Source: Octopus vulgaris (Eukaryota). From it: a stretch of 64,000 nucleotides of DNA. The notes beneath the pieces were generated by a model. It did not search any database and was not told the origin of the DNA. It worked only from the letters and a program-made list of their open reading frames with translations. This document shows, piece after piece, positions 27,831 through 41,250 of the stretch. Both the position numbers and the translations under genes were made by a program. The stretch covers positions 19,096,001 to 19,160,000 of the forward strand of contig OX597814.1 in NCBI GenBank assembly GCA_951406725.2, written 5' to 3'. Every line of letters begins with the position of its first letter. The first letter of the stretch is position 1.

Positions 27831-28391
27831 ATATATTGTGTTTGTTAATATATGTGTGTTTGTTAATATATACACATATATATGTGTTTGTGTCTGAGTG
27901 TGTGTGTATGTTTGTGTGTTGCCCGTTTAAAATGTTTTCCTTTATGTTTGCTCAGACCGTAACAGATTTCGTATTGTGAAAAACAAACAGTATAATACGA
28001 TATCCACACGCAATTTCAGATCCTACCTAGCATCAACATGGTCTTCCATCAAACTTCACTGCACAACGGGGCAAGTTTACTTAATAGCATTAGTTTGTAT
28101 ACCATCATATATAAATATCGATCATATTCCGTCATCTTTCTTGATAAATATCGTTATTTCGTGATATTAATATTATCATTATCATTGTCATAGTCTTGGT
28201 CGCTGACAGTATGTTAATTTTTATTGTCATTTTTTCACTGATATCGTACATGGGAATAAGGGTAGCTGAATAATGACCGAGTTTGTTTTGCAAACATGTG
28301 ATCCCTGATTGGATCATATTGGCTGCATGTGTTTTCTTGTATCTAAGTATATGCATACATATATGTATATGTATGCATGTATGTGTATACC

Positions 28392-28467
<76 letters not shown>

Positions 28468-28471
<4 letters not shown>

Positions 28472-28870
28472 TGTAGGAAGAAATGGAGCTGAACGAAGAT
28501 TTAACAAAATTCCTTTTTATTATTTTCTACATATGTTTCGAAGGCTGCAAAGTCCCTAATTCGGATTGAATAAGGAGTCCATTTTCCTGAAGAGAAGGCT
28601 GCAAAATGGACTCCTTATTCAATCCGAATTAGGGACTTTGCAGCCTTCGAAACATATGTAGAAAATAATAAAAAGGAATTTTGTTAAATCTTCGTTCAGC
28701 GCCATTTCTTCCTACACTTAATATATAAAACTTCAAGTTTCCGCACTAAGGCACGGATTTTATGCCCCATGGTCGTAACTTCAACCGTGCTTTTCCTGTT
28801 GTGATTTTTGCTACCCAGGTATCGGTTATCATTTGAATTATCCGTAATAAGATAATTCATTTATCTACTT

Positions 28871-28872
<2 letters not shown>
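28468..28872 (+). mobile_element. Palindromic non-autonomous PLE/retrozyme-like element in (TA)n
   Basis: 118-bp arms 28468-28585 and 28603-28720 with one visible mismatch, 17-nt spacer, ~150-bp one-sided extension. Confidence 0.8.
28581..28666 (+). ncRNA. Canonical type I hammerhead ribozyme
   Basis: Stem I ATTTTC/GAAAAT; core CTGAAGA; 12-bp stem II GAAGGCTGCAAA/TTTGCAGCCTTC; GAAA; stem III AC-ATAT-GT; predicted GUA cleavage after 28660. Confidence 0.85.
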
Positions 28873-28917
<45 letters not shown>

Positions 28918-29335
28918 GTATATATGTATGTATGTATGGATGTATGTATGTGTATATATATATATATATATATGCATGCATATAAGTGTACAAGACGTCA
29001 TCAACGGTGCAAATAACATGGAATACTTAAACAAACGAATTAACTAGTATACACCGAGAAAAAATGGAAAACAGGACAAGTAAACAGAGAAAGGACAGTT
29101 GTCGGCTGTCCTCATTTCCAACATTCAATCACAATATGAGTCTTCAAAGACAGGTGCTCCCATAAATTCTAAAATAAAATTTAGGCTTTATGGAGTGGCA
29201 AAGTTGGGAACAAAATCATGGCAGTGGAGACGTACAAAGAAACCTAACGAAAACAAACATGAAGGGTCGTTAGACCAGAACGATAGGAAAATAGTGAACG
29301 CTGGGAGAAACATCTTTTTCAAAAGAGTTAATATA

Positions 29336-29545
29336 TGTTTCTTTATTAGCCACACAGGGCTGCACACAGACAGGACAAATTACAACTTAGAGCTTTTCTT
29401 TTGGGGGTAAAAAAAGGGGGTTTGGTTTTCGATCAAAAGGGATCGTAAAGGGAAAGAAAGAGGACAAAAAAAGGGGGGAATAAAAAAAAAGTTTTTTAAG
29501 GAGGGGGGAGAGGAAAAAAAATGATCAATAGGGATCGTTATCACA
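29336..29545 (-). mobile_element. Tx1-like LINE 3' UTR fragment with 16-bp TSD
   Basis: Homologous to 44862-45120 and 1739-1860; TSD CAAAAGAGTTAATATA at 29320-29335 and 29546-29561. Confidence 0.85.
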
Positions 29546-29957
29546 CAAAAGAGTTAATATAATATGAGAGAGAGTAAAAAAAACGTCTATTGTTTGAAAG
29601 TCCGTGCAAGAACAGAAAGATGGTCATCTGAGGAAAAGAAAGATGGACGATGGACACCTGTGAGCAACGAGAGAGAGAAAGAAAAAAGAGAAAGAGGGGA
29701 GACAGAGAAATTTATATATCTTCTCCAAGAGAATGTAAGTAATTTTCGCTAATATTTGTGAAAATTATGAGTAATTTAAATTTGTTTCTTAAAAGCAGTG
29801 TAATAACTCGGTACACTTTATCGTTAGATGTTCATCGACCACTCTTCTGATTACGTTTCATACAAGAAAATTTGAAAAATTGTTACTGCCAAGAACGTTC
29901 CATCTAAATATTATATGAGCGAACGCACGCGCTTGTGTGTGTGCATCTGTGTGCATA

Positions 29958-30372
29958 TACTCTTATACTTGTTTCAGTCATTTGACTGCGGCCATGCTGG
30001 AGCACCGCCTTTTAATTGACCAACTCGACCCAGGGACTTATTCTTTTTGCAAGCCCAGTACTTATTCTATCGGTGTCTTTTGCCGAACCGCTAAATAACG
30101 GGGACATAAACACACCAGCATCGGTTGTCAAACAATGCTAGGGGGACAAACACAGACACAAACACATAGATGCATATATATATATATATATATAGATATA
30201 CATATATACGACGGGCTTCTTTCAGTTTCCGTCTACCAAATCCACTCACAAGGCTTTAGTCGGCCCGAGGCTATAGTAGAAGACACTTGCCCAAGTTGCC
30301 ACGCAGTGGGACTGAACCCGGAACCATGTGGTTGGTAAGCAAGCTACTTACCACACAGCCACTCCTGCGCCT
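29958..30372 (-). mobile_element. SINE family C, full length
   Basis: Head AGGCGCAGGAGTGGCTGTGTGGTAAG...GGTTCAGTCCC; body ending GAAACAAGTA. Confidence 0.92.
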
Positions 30373-30587
30373 ATATGGTAAGAATGTCTTTAGATTCCAA
30401 GGAAATACTATTAACTGACTGGTCATGTGCTCGGTGTTGCAAAGACCAAAACATTGATTTTGGATGACACGACTAGATTACTTGGACTAACGAAGAAAGA
30501 AACGTGATTCCATCAGCTGTGAAATTCAGTATGGCAGACTGAAACCTTGACATTTCGTTTCGTTGCAATTGCAAATCGTTATTGTTA

Positions 30588-30798
30588 CTCTTCTTCTTCT
30601 TCTTCTTCTTCTTCTTCTTCTTCTTCTTCTTCTTCTTCTTCTTCTTCTTCTTCTTCTTCTTCTTCTTCTTCTTCTTCTTCTCTTCTTCTCTTCTTCTTCT
30701 TCTTCTTCTTCTCTTCTTCTTCTTCTTCTTCTTCTTCTTCTTCTTCTTCTTCTTCTTCTTCTTCTTCTTCTTCTTCTTCTTCTTCTTCTTCCTCTCTT

Positions 30799-30834
<36 letters not shown>

Positions 30835-31012
30835 GTTGTTCTTGTTCTTCTTCTTATTATTATTATTATTATTATTAGTAGTAGTAGTAGTAGTAGTAGT
30901 TGTAATAGTAGTAGTATTATCATTCTTCTTCATCATCATCTTCTTCTTCTTCTTCTTATTATTATTATTATTATTATCATTATTATCATTCTTCTTCTTC
31001 TTCTTCTTCTTC

Positions 31013-31076
<64 letters not shown>

Positions 31077-31146
31077 CATTATTATCATTCTTCTTCTTCT
31101 ACTTCTTCTTCTTCTTCCTTCTTCTTCTTATTAATATTATTATCAC

Positions 31147-31179
<33 letters not shown>

Positions 31180-31260
31180 CGTCATCATCATCATCATCGT
31201 CGTTGTTGACGCTGTTGTCGCTGTTGCTGCTGCTACTGCTTTTGTTGATGATGACGAGAT
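30588..31260. repeat. Compound (CTT)n/(ATT)n/(AGT)n trinucleotide block
   Basis: Direct reading. Confidence 0.95.
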
Positions 31261-31532
31261 CGCCGTTGATGTTCTCGTTGTTGTTTTTGTTCAATGTTCT
31301 CGTTCTTGCACATCAATAATTTCACGTTGGCTATTTCAATTGCTCAATTTGAAGAATATCAGTCCATCTTTCTGGCACCACATGCAGATAGGATAACAGC
31401 CAAACTGTTCATATTATGTTTCGTTGCTGTTCTCGTAGTGGCCGCTATAACTTTTGTAGTTTTTCTCCTTAATCGTATACTTCATGTTTTCTTATTCTTG
31501 TAATCGTCATTGTTGCTTTTATACTTAATACC

Positions 31533-32303
31533 TATCTCTTTACTACTCACAAGGGGCTAAACACAGAGGGGACAAACAAGGACAGACAAACGGATTAAGT
31601 CGATTACATCGACCCCAGTGCGTAACTGGTACTTATTTAATCGACCCCGAAAGGATGAAAGGCAAAGTCTACCTCGGCAGAATTTGAACTCAGAACGTAG
31701 CGGCAGACGAAATACCTATTTCTTTATTACTCACAAGGGGCTAAACACAGAGGGGACAAACAAGGACAGACAAACGGATTAAGTCGATTATATCGACCCC
31801 AGTGCGTAACTGGTACTTATTTAATCGACCCCGAAAGGATGAAAGGCAAAGTCGACCTCGGCGGAATTTGAACTCAGAACGTAACGGCAGACGGAATACC
31901 TATCTCTTTACTACCCACAAGGGGCTAAACACAAGGGACAAACAAGGACAGACAAACGGATTAAGTCGATTATATCGACTCCAGTGCGTAACTGGTACTT
32001 ATTTAATCGACCCCGAAAGGATGAAAGGCAAAGTCGACCACGGCGGAATTTGAACTCAGAACGTAACGGCAGACGAAATACCTATTTCTTTATTACTCAC
32101 AAGGGGCTAAACACAGAGGGGACAAACAAGGACAGACAAACGGATTAAGTCGATTATATCGACCCCAGTGCGTAACTGGTACTTATTTAATCGACCCCGA
32201 AAGGATGAAAGGCAAAGTCGACCTCGGCGGAATTTGAACTCTGAACGTAGCTGCAGATGAAATACCGCTAAGCATTTCGCCCGGCATGCTAACGTTTCTG
32301 CCA
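31533..32303 (-). mobile_element. SINE family D tandem tetramer (~184-bp units)
   Basis: One head at 32260-32303 and four bodies joined at AAAGA(A/G)ATA|GGTATT. Confidence 0.92.
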
Positions 32304-32557
32304 ACCGTTAACTTCGTACGTCATTGTAATGCAGCCTTTTCTGTTCCTGTGATTATTCGCGTTGCCGTTATTGTATTGTTGTACTTGACCTTCATCTTGA
32401 CTGCAGCTACACCAGAGTGAAGCTTTGAAGGCTTTCGTAGAATAAATTGACCCAGAACATATCGTTTATAGTCCGGTATCTATTTTATCGGTCAATTGCA
32501 TGTTGTCGAACTACTGTCAGAGTGTTTATGTCCCATATCTTAGTTATTCGGTAAGGC

Positions 32558-32597
<40 letters not shown>

Positions 32598-33028
32598 ATA
32601 TCTCTTATTATAAAAGGCAGATTTTATCTGCCTCCCTTTGGGAGTTATACAAATCTACAATATAGGATTTCTTCAATTACAATTTACCTACCATTTTTGA
32701 GAGTACAATGCATCGCGTCATGCCAGGTCCAGTTTTTAAAATTTAAACTCCAATTAAGCAAAATTTACAGAAAACTCACATTCTGGTGTGTGTGTCAAAT
32801 GCTTTTCTTAGTCTGGTTTACACCACACGCAAACGCACACACACAGTGGGCAACGAATAAAATGAAAGTAAATAGCGACAGTGATTTGAGGAAGACTAAA
32901 GTGAAAGTATTCTGTCTATGACGCTGATAGACACATGAGTAAAATGTATGGGAAGCTAAGAGCTAAGAGTGAGTGAAAATGTTCTTGGGAGAGAGTAATT
33001 AGTAATAAAGTAAACATACACTCATACA

Positions 33029-33060
<32 letters not shown>

Positions 33061-33305
33061 CACACACACACATACACACACACATACATACACACACATA
33101 CATACATACACACATACATACATACATACATATACATACATACATACATACATACATATACATACATACATACACACACACACATGCACACACACACAGT
33201 ATTGAAGCTTGAGAACAATCAGATACATTTGCAACACATCTGTTGAAAATATTATTGTTCACACACATACATATACATATATACATACAGACAGACAGAC
33301 AGATA

Positions 33306-33341
<36 letters not shown>

Positions 33342-33389
33342 ATCCAGCATGGCCACAACCTCAAGGCTGAAACATATAAAAGAATAACA

Positions 33390-33755
33390 GAATATAAATG
33401 TGTGCAAAGTACAAGAAATATTAATGCAGTATATGGGGATTGGACAATAAGCGTAAGGCAGTGTCAATGGTGGTTCCAGAAATCCCGAGCCATAAACTAC
33501 AGCCTAGAAGACGAGCCTCATCCTGAAAGATCTGTAGAACTCGACAAGGACATCCTGAAAACCCTGGTGGAACAAAATATCATCGTAACTGTTGAGGAAC
33601 TAGCAGAGAAGCTTGGATTTGGTCATTCAACCATTCATTGACACCTGTGTGCTATCGGAAAAGTCAGCAAATTGGGTCAATGGGTTCCTCACGAACTTTC
33701 CGAGTCTAATTGCATGCAGAGAGTGAATGTATGCTTTTCTTTGCTGTCATATCTC
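33390..33755 (+). pseudogene. Mariner transposase N-terminal (HTH) fragment
   Basis: RNINAVYGD..ISVRQCQWWFQK...SLEDEP...TVEELAEKLG..HSTIH*HL..IGKVSKLGQWVPHELS. Confidence 0.9.
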
Positions 33756-33776
33756 ACCACTACTGCGCTATGTATA

Positions 33777-34410
33777 TCTATATATATAAAACTGTAGTTG
33801 TGTGAGTGTCTGTCCCCTTCGATTTAGATTCCTAACTACTCCCACATTTTGCGGTACAGTTTAACCAAATTCGGGTAGCTTATAGTCGTGATTCATATCG
33901 AGCCTGTCTGAATATTAGCGCGCGTCTACGATGAGTCTACGATTTTAAAAATAATTTAACATCATTTTTTATTCCATTTTAATGCATAATTTTTCGTGTG
34001 TCGATGGCGGCGGAGTTGGCGTCCACGCTCACACCTGCACCTGTGGGGAAGGGAGTGTAAGGAAATCAACGTCGTAATGCGTTGTCAAGGAGACCAGTGT
34101 TCTTTTAGAACAACGACTTTATGGCTTGAAGACACCAAAACAGAAATGGCTAAGAAAGCGTCTACATGAGTCTACGATTTAAAAAAAATTTACCATCGTT
34201 TTTTTCCATTTTAATGCATTTTTTCGCTATTATATAAGGGAAGTAACTCTCTAAAAATGTCTACGATGAGTCAACGATTTAAAAAAAAATTTACCATCAT
34301 ATTTTTTCCATTTTTAATGCATTTTTTGCTATTTTTTGGCTATAACTCTCTAAAAATGCTTATATAGTTATTTCCCTTACAAACCCGAGCAACGCCGGGC
34401 GATACTGCTA

Positions 34411-34411
<1 letters not shown>
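33777..34411 (+). mobile_element. Non-autonomous Helitron (longer variant with internal repeats)
   Basis: 5' TC, 3' hairpin plus CTAG, A|T target; homologous to 5999-6297. Confidence 0.9.
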
Positions 34412-34449
<38 letters not shown>

Positions 34450-34462
<13 letters not shown>

Positions 34463-34823
34463 GGCAGTTTGTCTGTGTGTGTTTCTGTGTGTCTGTTTGC
34501 TTGTACCCTCACCCTGACCACGGCTTTCAACCGATTCTGATGAAACTTGACACACACATAGCCCAATGTCATAATTCAAAACTAACGCAGCGAAAATTTT
34601 TAAAAGTTCCCCCAGTTCTGAAAAAAATCGATAAATTGACATGGGGTCGAGAATCAGAAACACAAACCACAGACTGTCTAGGGGACGCAACTCGACCTTT
34701 TTAACTCTAAAAAAAAATTATCATTTTTTTCCATTTTTTTGCTATTTTTGGGCTATAACTCTCTAAAAATGCTTTATAGTTATTTCCCTTACAAACCTGA
34801 GCAACGCCGGGCGATACTGCTAG
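34450..34823 (+). mobile_element. Non-autonomous Helitron with a different 5' half and the same 3' end
   Basis: Ends CCTGAGCAACGCCGGGCGATACTGCTAG-T; 5' part AACCGATTCTGATGAAACTTGACAC is unlike the other copies. Confidence 0.8.
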
Positions 34824-34856
34824 TATATATATATGTATGTATGTATGTATATGTAT

Positions 34857-34897
<41 letters not shown>

Positions 34898-34969
34898 TAT
34901 ATGTATGTATATCCTTAAATCCTTAAAAATGTTTTAGCCCGAAGGCCGCGGCCATGCTGGGGCACCACC

Positions 34970-35033
<64 letters not shown>

Positions 35034-35143
35034 TTAGAGATAAAACCACTATTAGGCAAATCATACAATGAAAAACTTAAGCCAATACATAAGATTATTT
35101 AATTTATATTATTTAAATATATAACAAAATTATTAAAAAATAT

Positions 35144-35213
35144 AATTACTACGATCGTTTCATGGCTGTTAATTTCTTAAAATTTTCAAGTTACAGTCAT
35201 TCATCAGGTGGTT
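35144..35213 (-). ncRNA. Type I hammerhead motif in an AT-rich PLE-like end next to (TA)n
   Basis: Minus strand AACCAC-CTGATGA-ATGACTGT(loop)ACAGCCAT-GAAAC-GATC-GTA-GTAATT; intact core, stem I with two mismatches. Confidence 0.7.
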
Positions 35214-35234
35214 TAAATATTTAACTTGGCGAAT

Positions 35235-35700
35235 ATAGAATGGTTGTATACTGTCAATCTAACGTGAACGTGACAGTAGGGGGTTACACCACCGCTGTTT
35301 AGCCCTAGGAAGCATCGACGCCTCCTGATAGCTTTGACACATTTTTCTGTGTCCTTATATACATTTACGAAGGGGAGACAAACACTCCCAGCAGCCAGGC
35401 CTCAACAGCTGACGAGCGTCTGCTACTCTAGACCGTTGAAGAACAATGATCCTGAAACATGCGTGTCTCTAGATGCAGGCCTGGCTGCTGGGGGTGTTTG
35501 TCTCCTCTTCGTAAATGTATATAAGGACACAGAAACATGTGTCAAAGCCATCAGGAGGCGTCGATGCTTCCTAGGGCTAAACAGCGGTGGTGTAACCCCT
35601 ACTGTCACGTTCACGTTAGATTGACAGTATACAACCATTCTATCGTCCCACCACCGTACATATCTCTATGAGAGATTTAGAAATTCAATATTTCTGATAT
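35235..35700. mobile_element. Fold-back element, ~167-bp arms, 74-nt loop, one-sided extension
   Basis: 35235-35402 is the near-perfect reverse complement of 35477-35643. Confidence 0.85.
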
Positions 35701-35804
35701 ACATATATTCTGAACATGCTTCGACTTACACAGTTCCCGTCCACCACATCAGCTCAAAAAGTATTGGTTGGCCAGGTGATATACTCTCTCTGTCTCCCTC
35801 TCTC

Positions 35805-36029
35805 TCTTTTACTCTTTTACTTGTTTCAGTCATTTGAATGCGACCATGCTGGAGCACCGCCTTTAGTTGAGCAAATAGACCCCAGGACTTATTCTTTGTA
35901 AGCATAGTACTTATTCTATTGGGCTCCTTTTTGCCGAACCGCTAAGTTACAGTGACGTAAACACATCTGCATCGGTTGTGAAGCGACGTTGGGGGGACAA
36001 ACACAGACACACAAACATATACACATACA

Positions 36030-36116
<87 letters not shown>

Positions 36117-36294
36117 CATACATACATATATTCATATATTCGACAGGGTTCTTTCAGTTTCCGTCCGTCTACCAAATCTACTCACAAGGCTTTGGTCAGC
36201 CCGAGGCTATAAGTAGATGAAACTTGCAGTGGGAATGAACTCGGAACCATGTGGTTTGTAAGCAAGCTACTTACCACACACCCAATCCTGCGCC
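35805..36294 (-). mobile_element. SINE family C
   Basis: Homologous to 29958-30372, with a small internal deletion and an expanded TA tract. Confidence 0.88.
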
Positions 36295-37014
36295 TTAGGA
36301 GTAGACGTTTTTCAAGGTGTCTTGAAAATGGATTGAACTCCAAAACACGTGGTTCAATAGCAGGTTTGTTTACCATACAACATGCCTATTTACATAGAAT
36401 TTTTCGTCATATGTGCATTCGTGAAGTTTTGCATATTTCTTGAGCGTGGAAGTGGAATATTCTACCTAAGATGTTGTTCCCTCTTTGTATACAATACATG
36501 TCTATTGACACTTATATGCTCTGAGTTTAGAAAAATAGCATTTGATTTCACGTTACCCGAAACGCTGGACCTCTTCCTAAACACGTAGGTAGGACTATCC
36601 CTCTAGTTTATAGAGGAAAAGCTTGCGAAGCGTCGGTAAACAAATATAAAGTATTATCACCAAATATTATAATGTCTAAAGTCCATTTCCAACCAGATGT
36701 ATTCTTAGTCTAAGTCAGTCCTTGAAAATAAACTAAAACAAAACAAAACAAAACAAAACAAAAAAGAGGTAAACAAAGAAACAAAATTACAGCCTTGCAG
36801 AGATAATGGGAACGGTAAGGAATTAGTTTGATATCATCCTATCTTTGGCGTCTTGCCATTTTGGCATTACTTATTTTGGCGACCCGCTACGATCTTCCAA
36901 ATCAATCGGGATTCCGTTCAAAACCAATATTACTGAATTAGAAACGAATGAAAGAGCCTTCAAAATGACATCTCTTCTTTCACCTCATCCTTCCTACATA
37001 TCTTAGTACTCCTT

Positions 37015-37027
37015 TGTTTCTCTTTCT

Positions 37028-37093
<66 letters not shown>

Positions 37094-37096
37094 TTC

Positions 37097-37134
<38 letters not shown>

Positions 37135-37558
37135 CACTCTCTCTCACTCTCTCTCTCTTTCTCTTACGTGTATACTTTGTCCCCTTTTCTCCTCAATCAC
37201 TCATTTCCCTGTTTCTATCTCTCAGTTAACGCACACTTTCTTTACCCTAATTTCATCTTCGCCGATTCAGATCTCCATGTCTCTAGACCCTTCTTTCGCT
37301 GTTCTATTAATTTCTACCTTCGTCTTTTGGAAATATCTGTACCTTTCAGAATGGAGACAAACACGCGTACACATATTCATACACGCTAACGCATGCATAC
37401 ACACGCACGCACACAACATACATACAAAAACGCATCTACACACATATATAAACGTACGCACATTCAAACGCACACGCACGGACTCGGACACGTGGGAATA
37501 CTCACGCATACATACATGCACACACATACAAAAACACTCCCCCACACACACACACACA

Positions 37559-37589
<31 letters not shown>

Positions 37590-38392
37590 GCACGCACGTA
37601 CACGGACACTTGGGAACACTCACACGCATTCACATGTACATCCACACACATACAAACACACTCATACACACGGATACGGATACACGAAAACATTCACATA
37701 CACACTCTCACACATGCTAATACTCATGCCAGCAATTACGCTAACACATACACACATACATTCAGAGACATAGGCAGAGGTTTTGCAGGATACAAACAAC
37801 ATATGCGCATGTATAGGTGAGAGTGTGTCTGTTCCTGTATGAATGTGTCTCTGTCTGTGTCTCTGTGCGCGTGTGTTTGCGTGATGGCGGCATTGAATAC
37901 GCTAGTGTTGTAGGTATGTGCAAGATGTAAGTGCGTGTGTGGATTCCTGTGTAGTTAGGAGTTGTGTTTGTGAGTGTATTAAGATAGGTTGCAACATGAC
38001 GAATGAAATAGAGAACTCAATACCTTTCTTGTAGTATGTAACACACACACATACATACATAAACACACAGACAGCTAGAAAGATAGACAGACAGACAGGT
38101 AGGTAGGTAGGTAAGTAGGTGGGTGGGTAGGTTGGTAATTAGGTAGAAAGGTAGATAGGTATGTATGTATGTATATATGTATGTATGCATGTATGTATGT
38201 ATGTATGTATGTATGTAGGTAGGTAGGTAGGTAGGTAGGTAGGTAGGTAGGTAGGTAGGTAGGTGGATAGATAAACAGAAGGACGGACGGACGGACGGAC
38301 GGACGGAAGGACAAACAGACAGACTGACGGACTGACAGACAGCGAGACTGACAAACAGATAGAGCGACTGACAGACAGACAGACAGACAGAC

Positions 38393-38468
<76 letters not shown>

Positions 38469-38542
38469 TGATTGATTGATGGGCAGATAGACAGAAAGAC
38501 AGCTAGAAAGATAGACAACAGATAGACAAACAGACAGACCGG

Positions 38543-38610
<68 letters not shown>

Positions 38611-39526
38611 ATTTCAGATTACAGGTTCCCTTCTCTGAGTTTCACATCCTCTTCCATCGATTCTCCACAGACGAGACGAGCTGCAGCAATGGATAATCCC
38701 GAATTTAGCATTTATCGACGGAAACATACACACACACGTACACACGTACACACACAAAAGTAATAATAATAACTACTTGTTCTGTTAAGTCGCCCCGTCA
38801 CAGGGAGTATCGAAAGATATTGACATGAAACTCTGAGTAATGGAATGCTGTAATCCGAAATTGGAATTTTTTATGTGTGCATATGCGCTTTCGAGCGTGC
38901 ATGCATGCGTGTGTGTCTTATGTACGTGCACTGCTCACGCATCTTGATACACGCGCACACGCACACGCGCGCGCACATACGCACACGCACACACATACAG
39001 AAATACACAGAGAGCCAGACGTGTGTCTGTGCGTGTATGTTTATGTGTGTGTATGTGTGTGTGTGTGTGTGTGTGTGTTCGTATAACCCTCAAGCGCCTC
39101 TCGAGATATAATTAAACACATGCAATTCTGTGTATATGTCAGTCACACACAAACATGCACGCATGTATACTGGCCAGAACATTTAGGATGAAGTCTCTTT
39201 CTACATATATATATATATATATAGATAGATAGATATACATATACCTATACATATACATACACTCATATGTGCGTATACACACAAACAGTCGTCCGCGCAT
39301 TCATTGATATATAAACGAATGCTAACATGCAAGACAGGCACACACACACACACACACACACACATCTGCATATAAAGGTTTATGGTCACACACACAGACA
39401 CGCGTGCGCGCACACACACACACACACTCACACACGCAAACTTTTCTGTATATGTGTATATGTATACATAATTCTCTCTCTCTTTTTCTACCTATTTTCT
39501 CTTTTCCTTCTCCCTTTCTCTTTGTA

Positions 39527-39561
<35 letters not shown>

Positions 39562-39626
39562 AGTTATATTTCGGAATGGTCATTTTGCCAGTTTATACAT
39601 ACATATACATATATATACCTATATAT

Positions 39627-39690
<64 letters not shown>

Positions 39691-39720
39691 GTATATATAT
39701 ATATATATACATATATATAC

Positions 39721-39752
<32 letters not shown>

Positions 39753-39843
39753 GTGTATATATATGTATACATATATATATATATGTATATATATATCTGT
39801 ATGTATATGTATATACACATATATATGTATGTTTCTATGTATG

Positions 39844-39893
<50 letters not shown>

Positions 39894-39959
39894 CATACAT
39901 GAATGTATGTGTATATATATCTGTATGTATGTGTATATACACATATATATGTATGTTTC

Positions 39960-39995
<36 letters not shown>

Positions 39996-40015
39996 TACAT
40001 GAATGTATGTGTATA

Positions 40016-40080
<65 letters not shown>

Positions 40081-40613
40081 GGATATATACATATATGCAT
40101 ATAGGAATGTTTGCATGTATGTTTATGGGATGAATTTTTCCTTCTGGGGGTTAACGGGCCATCTGCCCATCTGCTCAGTGTTGTGCGACAAGCAAAAGCC
40201 GATATCTGATTAGAAACTGAACGGCGATGCAAAGCATCAAATGAAAAGAAATGTACTTTTCATCCTCCTCCTTATCCTTTTCACTCAGCCTTTTCTCCTC
40301 CTCCTTCATTTTCTCTCTCTCTCTCCCCACTCTCCCTTTCTCTTTCTTTTTCTCCCTCTCTCGCTTTCGCTCGCTCGCTCGCGCGCGCTTTCTCGCTTTC
40401 ATCTTACTCAAAGGGTGAGTGGTACCAGCGGCTGACACTCGTACTGACTGTATAGGGATTACGGTTGTGTTTATTCATGGATCAGAACATGTCCGAAGTA
40501 GCGTCCGAGTTTGGCGTGTAGGCATGCGTAGGGATTAACATTTGTTTTGTCTTATGCCTCTGAGGAACGTTTCTGACAAACGCATACGCGCACACACAAA
40601 CAAATACGTAGAT

Positions 40614-40649
<36 letters not shown>

Positions 40650-40812
40650 ACATAAACAGAAACAGACATACACACACAAGAACAAACGTTCAGACAACAG
40701 ACGCAATTGCACATATATACATGTCTATGCGACTATACAGACAACTACATGTATAAGTGTACAGAATTATGTGTATATGTTTACAATTATGTATATATGA
40801 GTTAGTATATAT

Positions 40813-40861
<49 letters not shown>

Positions 40862-40906
40862 CATATATGAATTAGTATATATATACATATATGTATGTAT
40901 ATATGC

Positions 40907-40955
<49 letters not shown>

Positions 40956-41060
40956 ATGCACGCGTACATACACACATGCACATTCACATACATATAAACA
41001 TACATACAACAACACGCACAGGTACATACATACATATGTATAAATATATACATATGTATT

Positions 41061-41092
<32 letters not shown>

Positions 41093-41198
41093 CGTTTATA
41101 TGTACATGTAAATATATATATATGTATATGTAAATATATATATATATGTGTGTGTGTGTATATACATATATATCGCTCAGTTTTAATATAGCGTATAC

Positions 41199-41249
<51 letters not shown>

Positions 41250-41250
41250 A
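37015..41250. repeat. Microsatellite-dense tract (TTTC, CA, TAGG/TATG/GACG/GATA, TA) with short unique islands
   Basis: Direct reading. Confidence 0.9.

Noticed and set aside
30526-31396. Poly-L/S/E/R ORFs
   Set aside because: CTT/ATT repeat artefacts.
31533-32303. Regular ~184-bp array resembling a CRISPR array or satellite
   Set aside because: No unique spacers and no cas genes; the units are SINE D bodies also found as monomers.
32600-33005. Possible Helitron starting TCTCTTATTATAAAAGG
   Set aside because: No convincing 3' hairpin-CTRR end found.
35334-35638. Mirror-image ORFs on both strands
   Set aside because: A consequence of the DNA palindrome, not evidence of coding.
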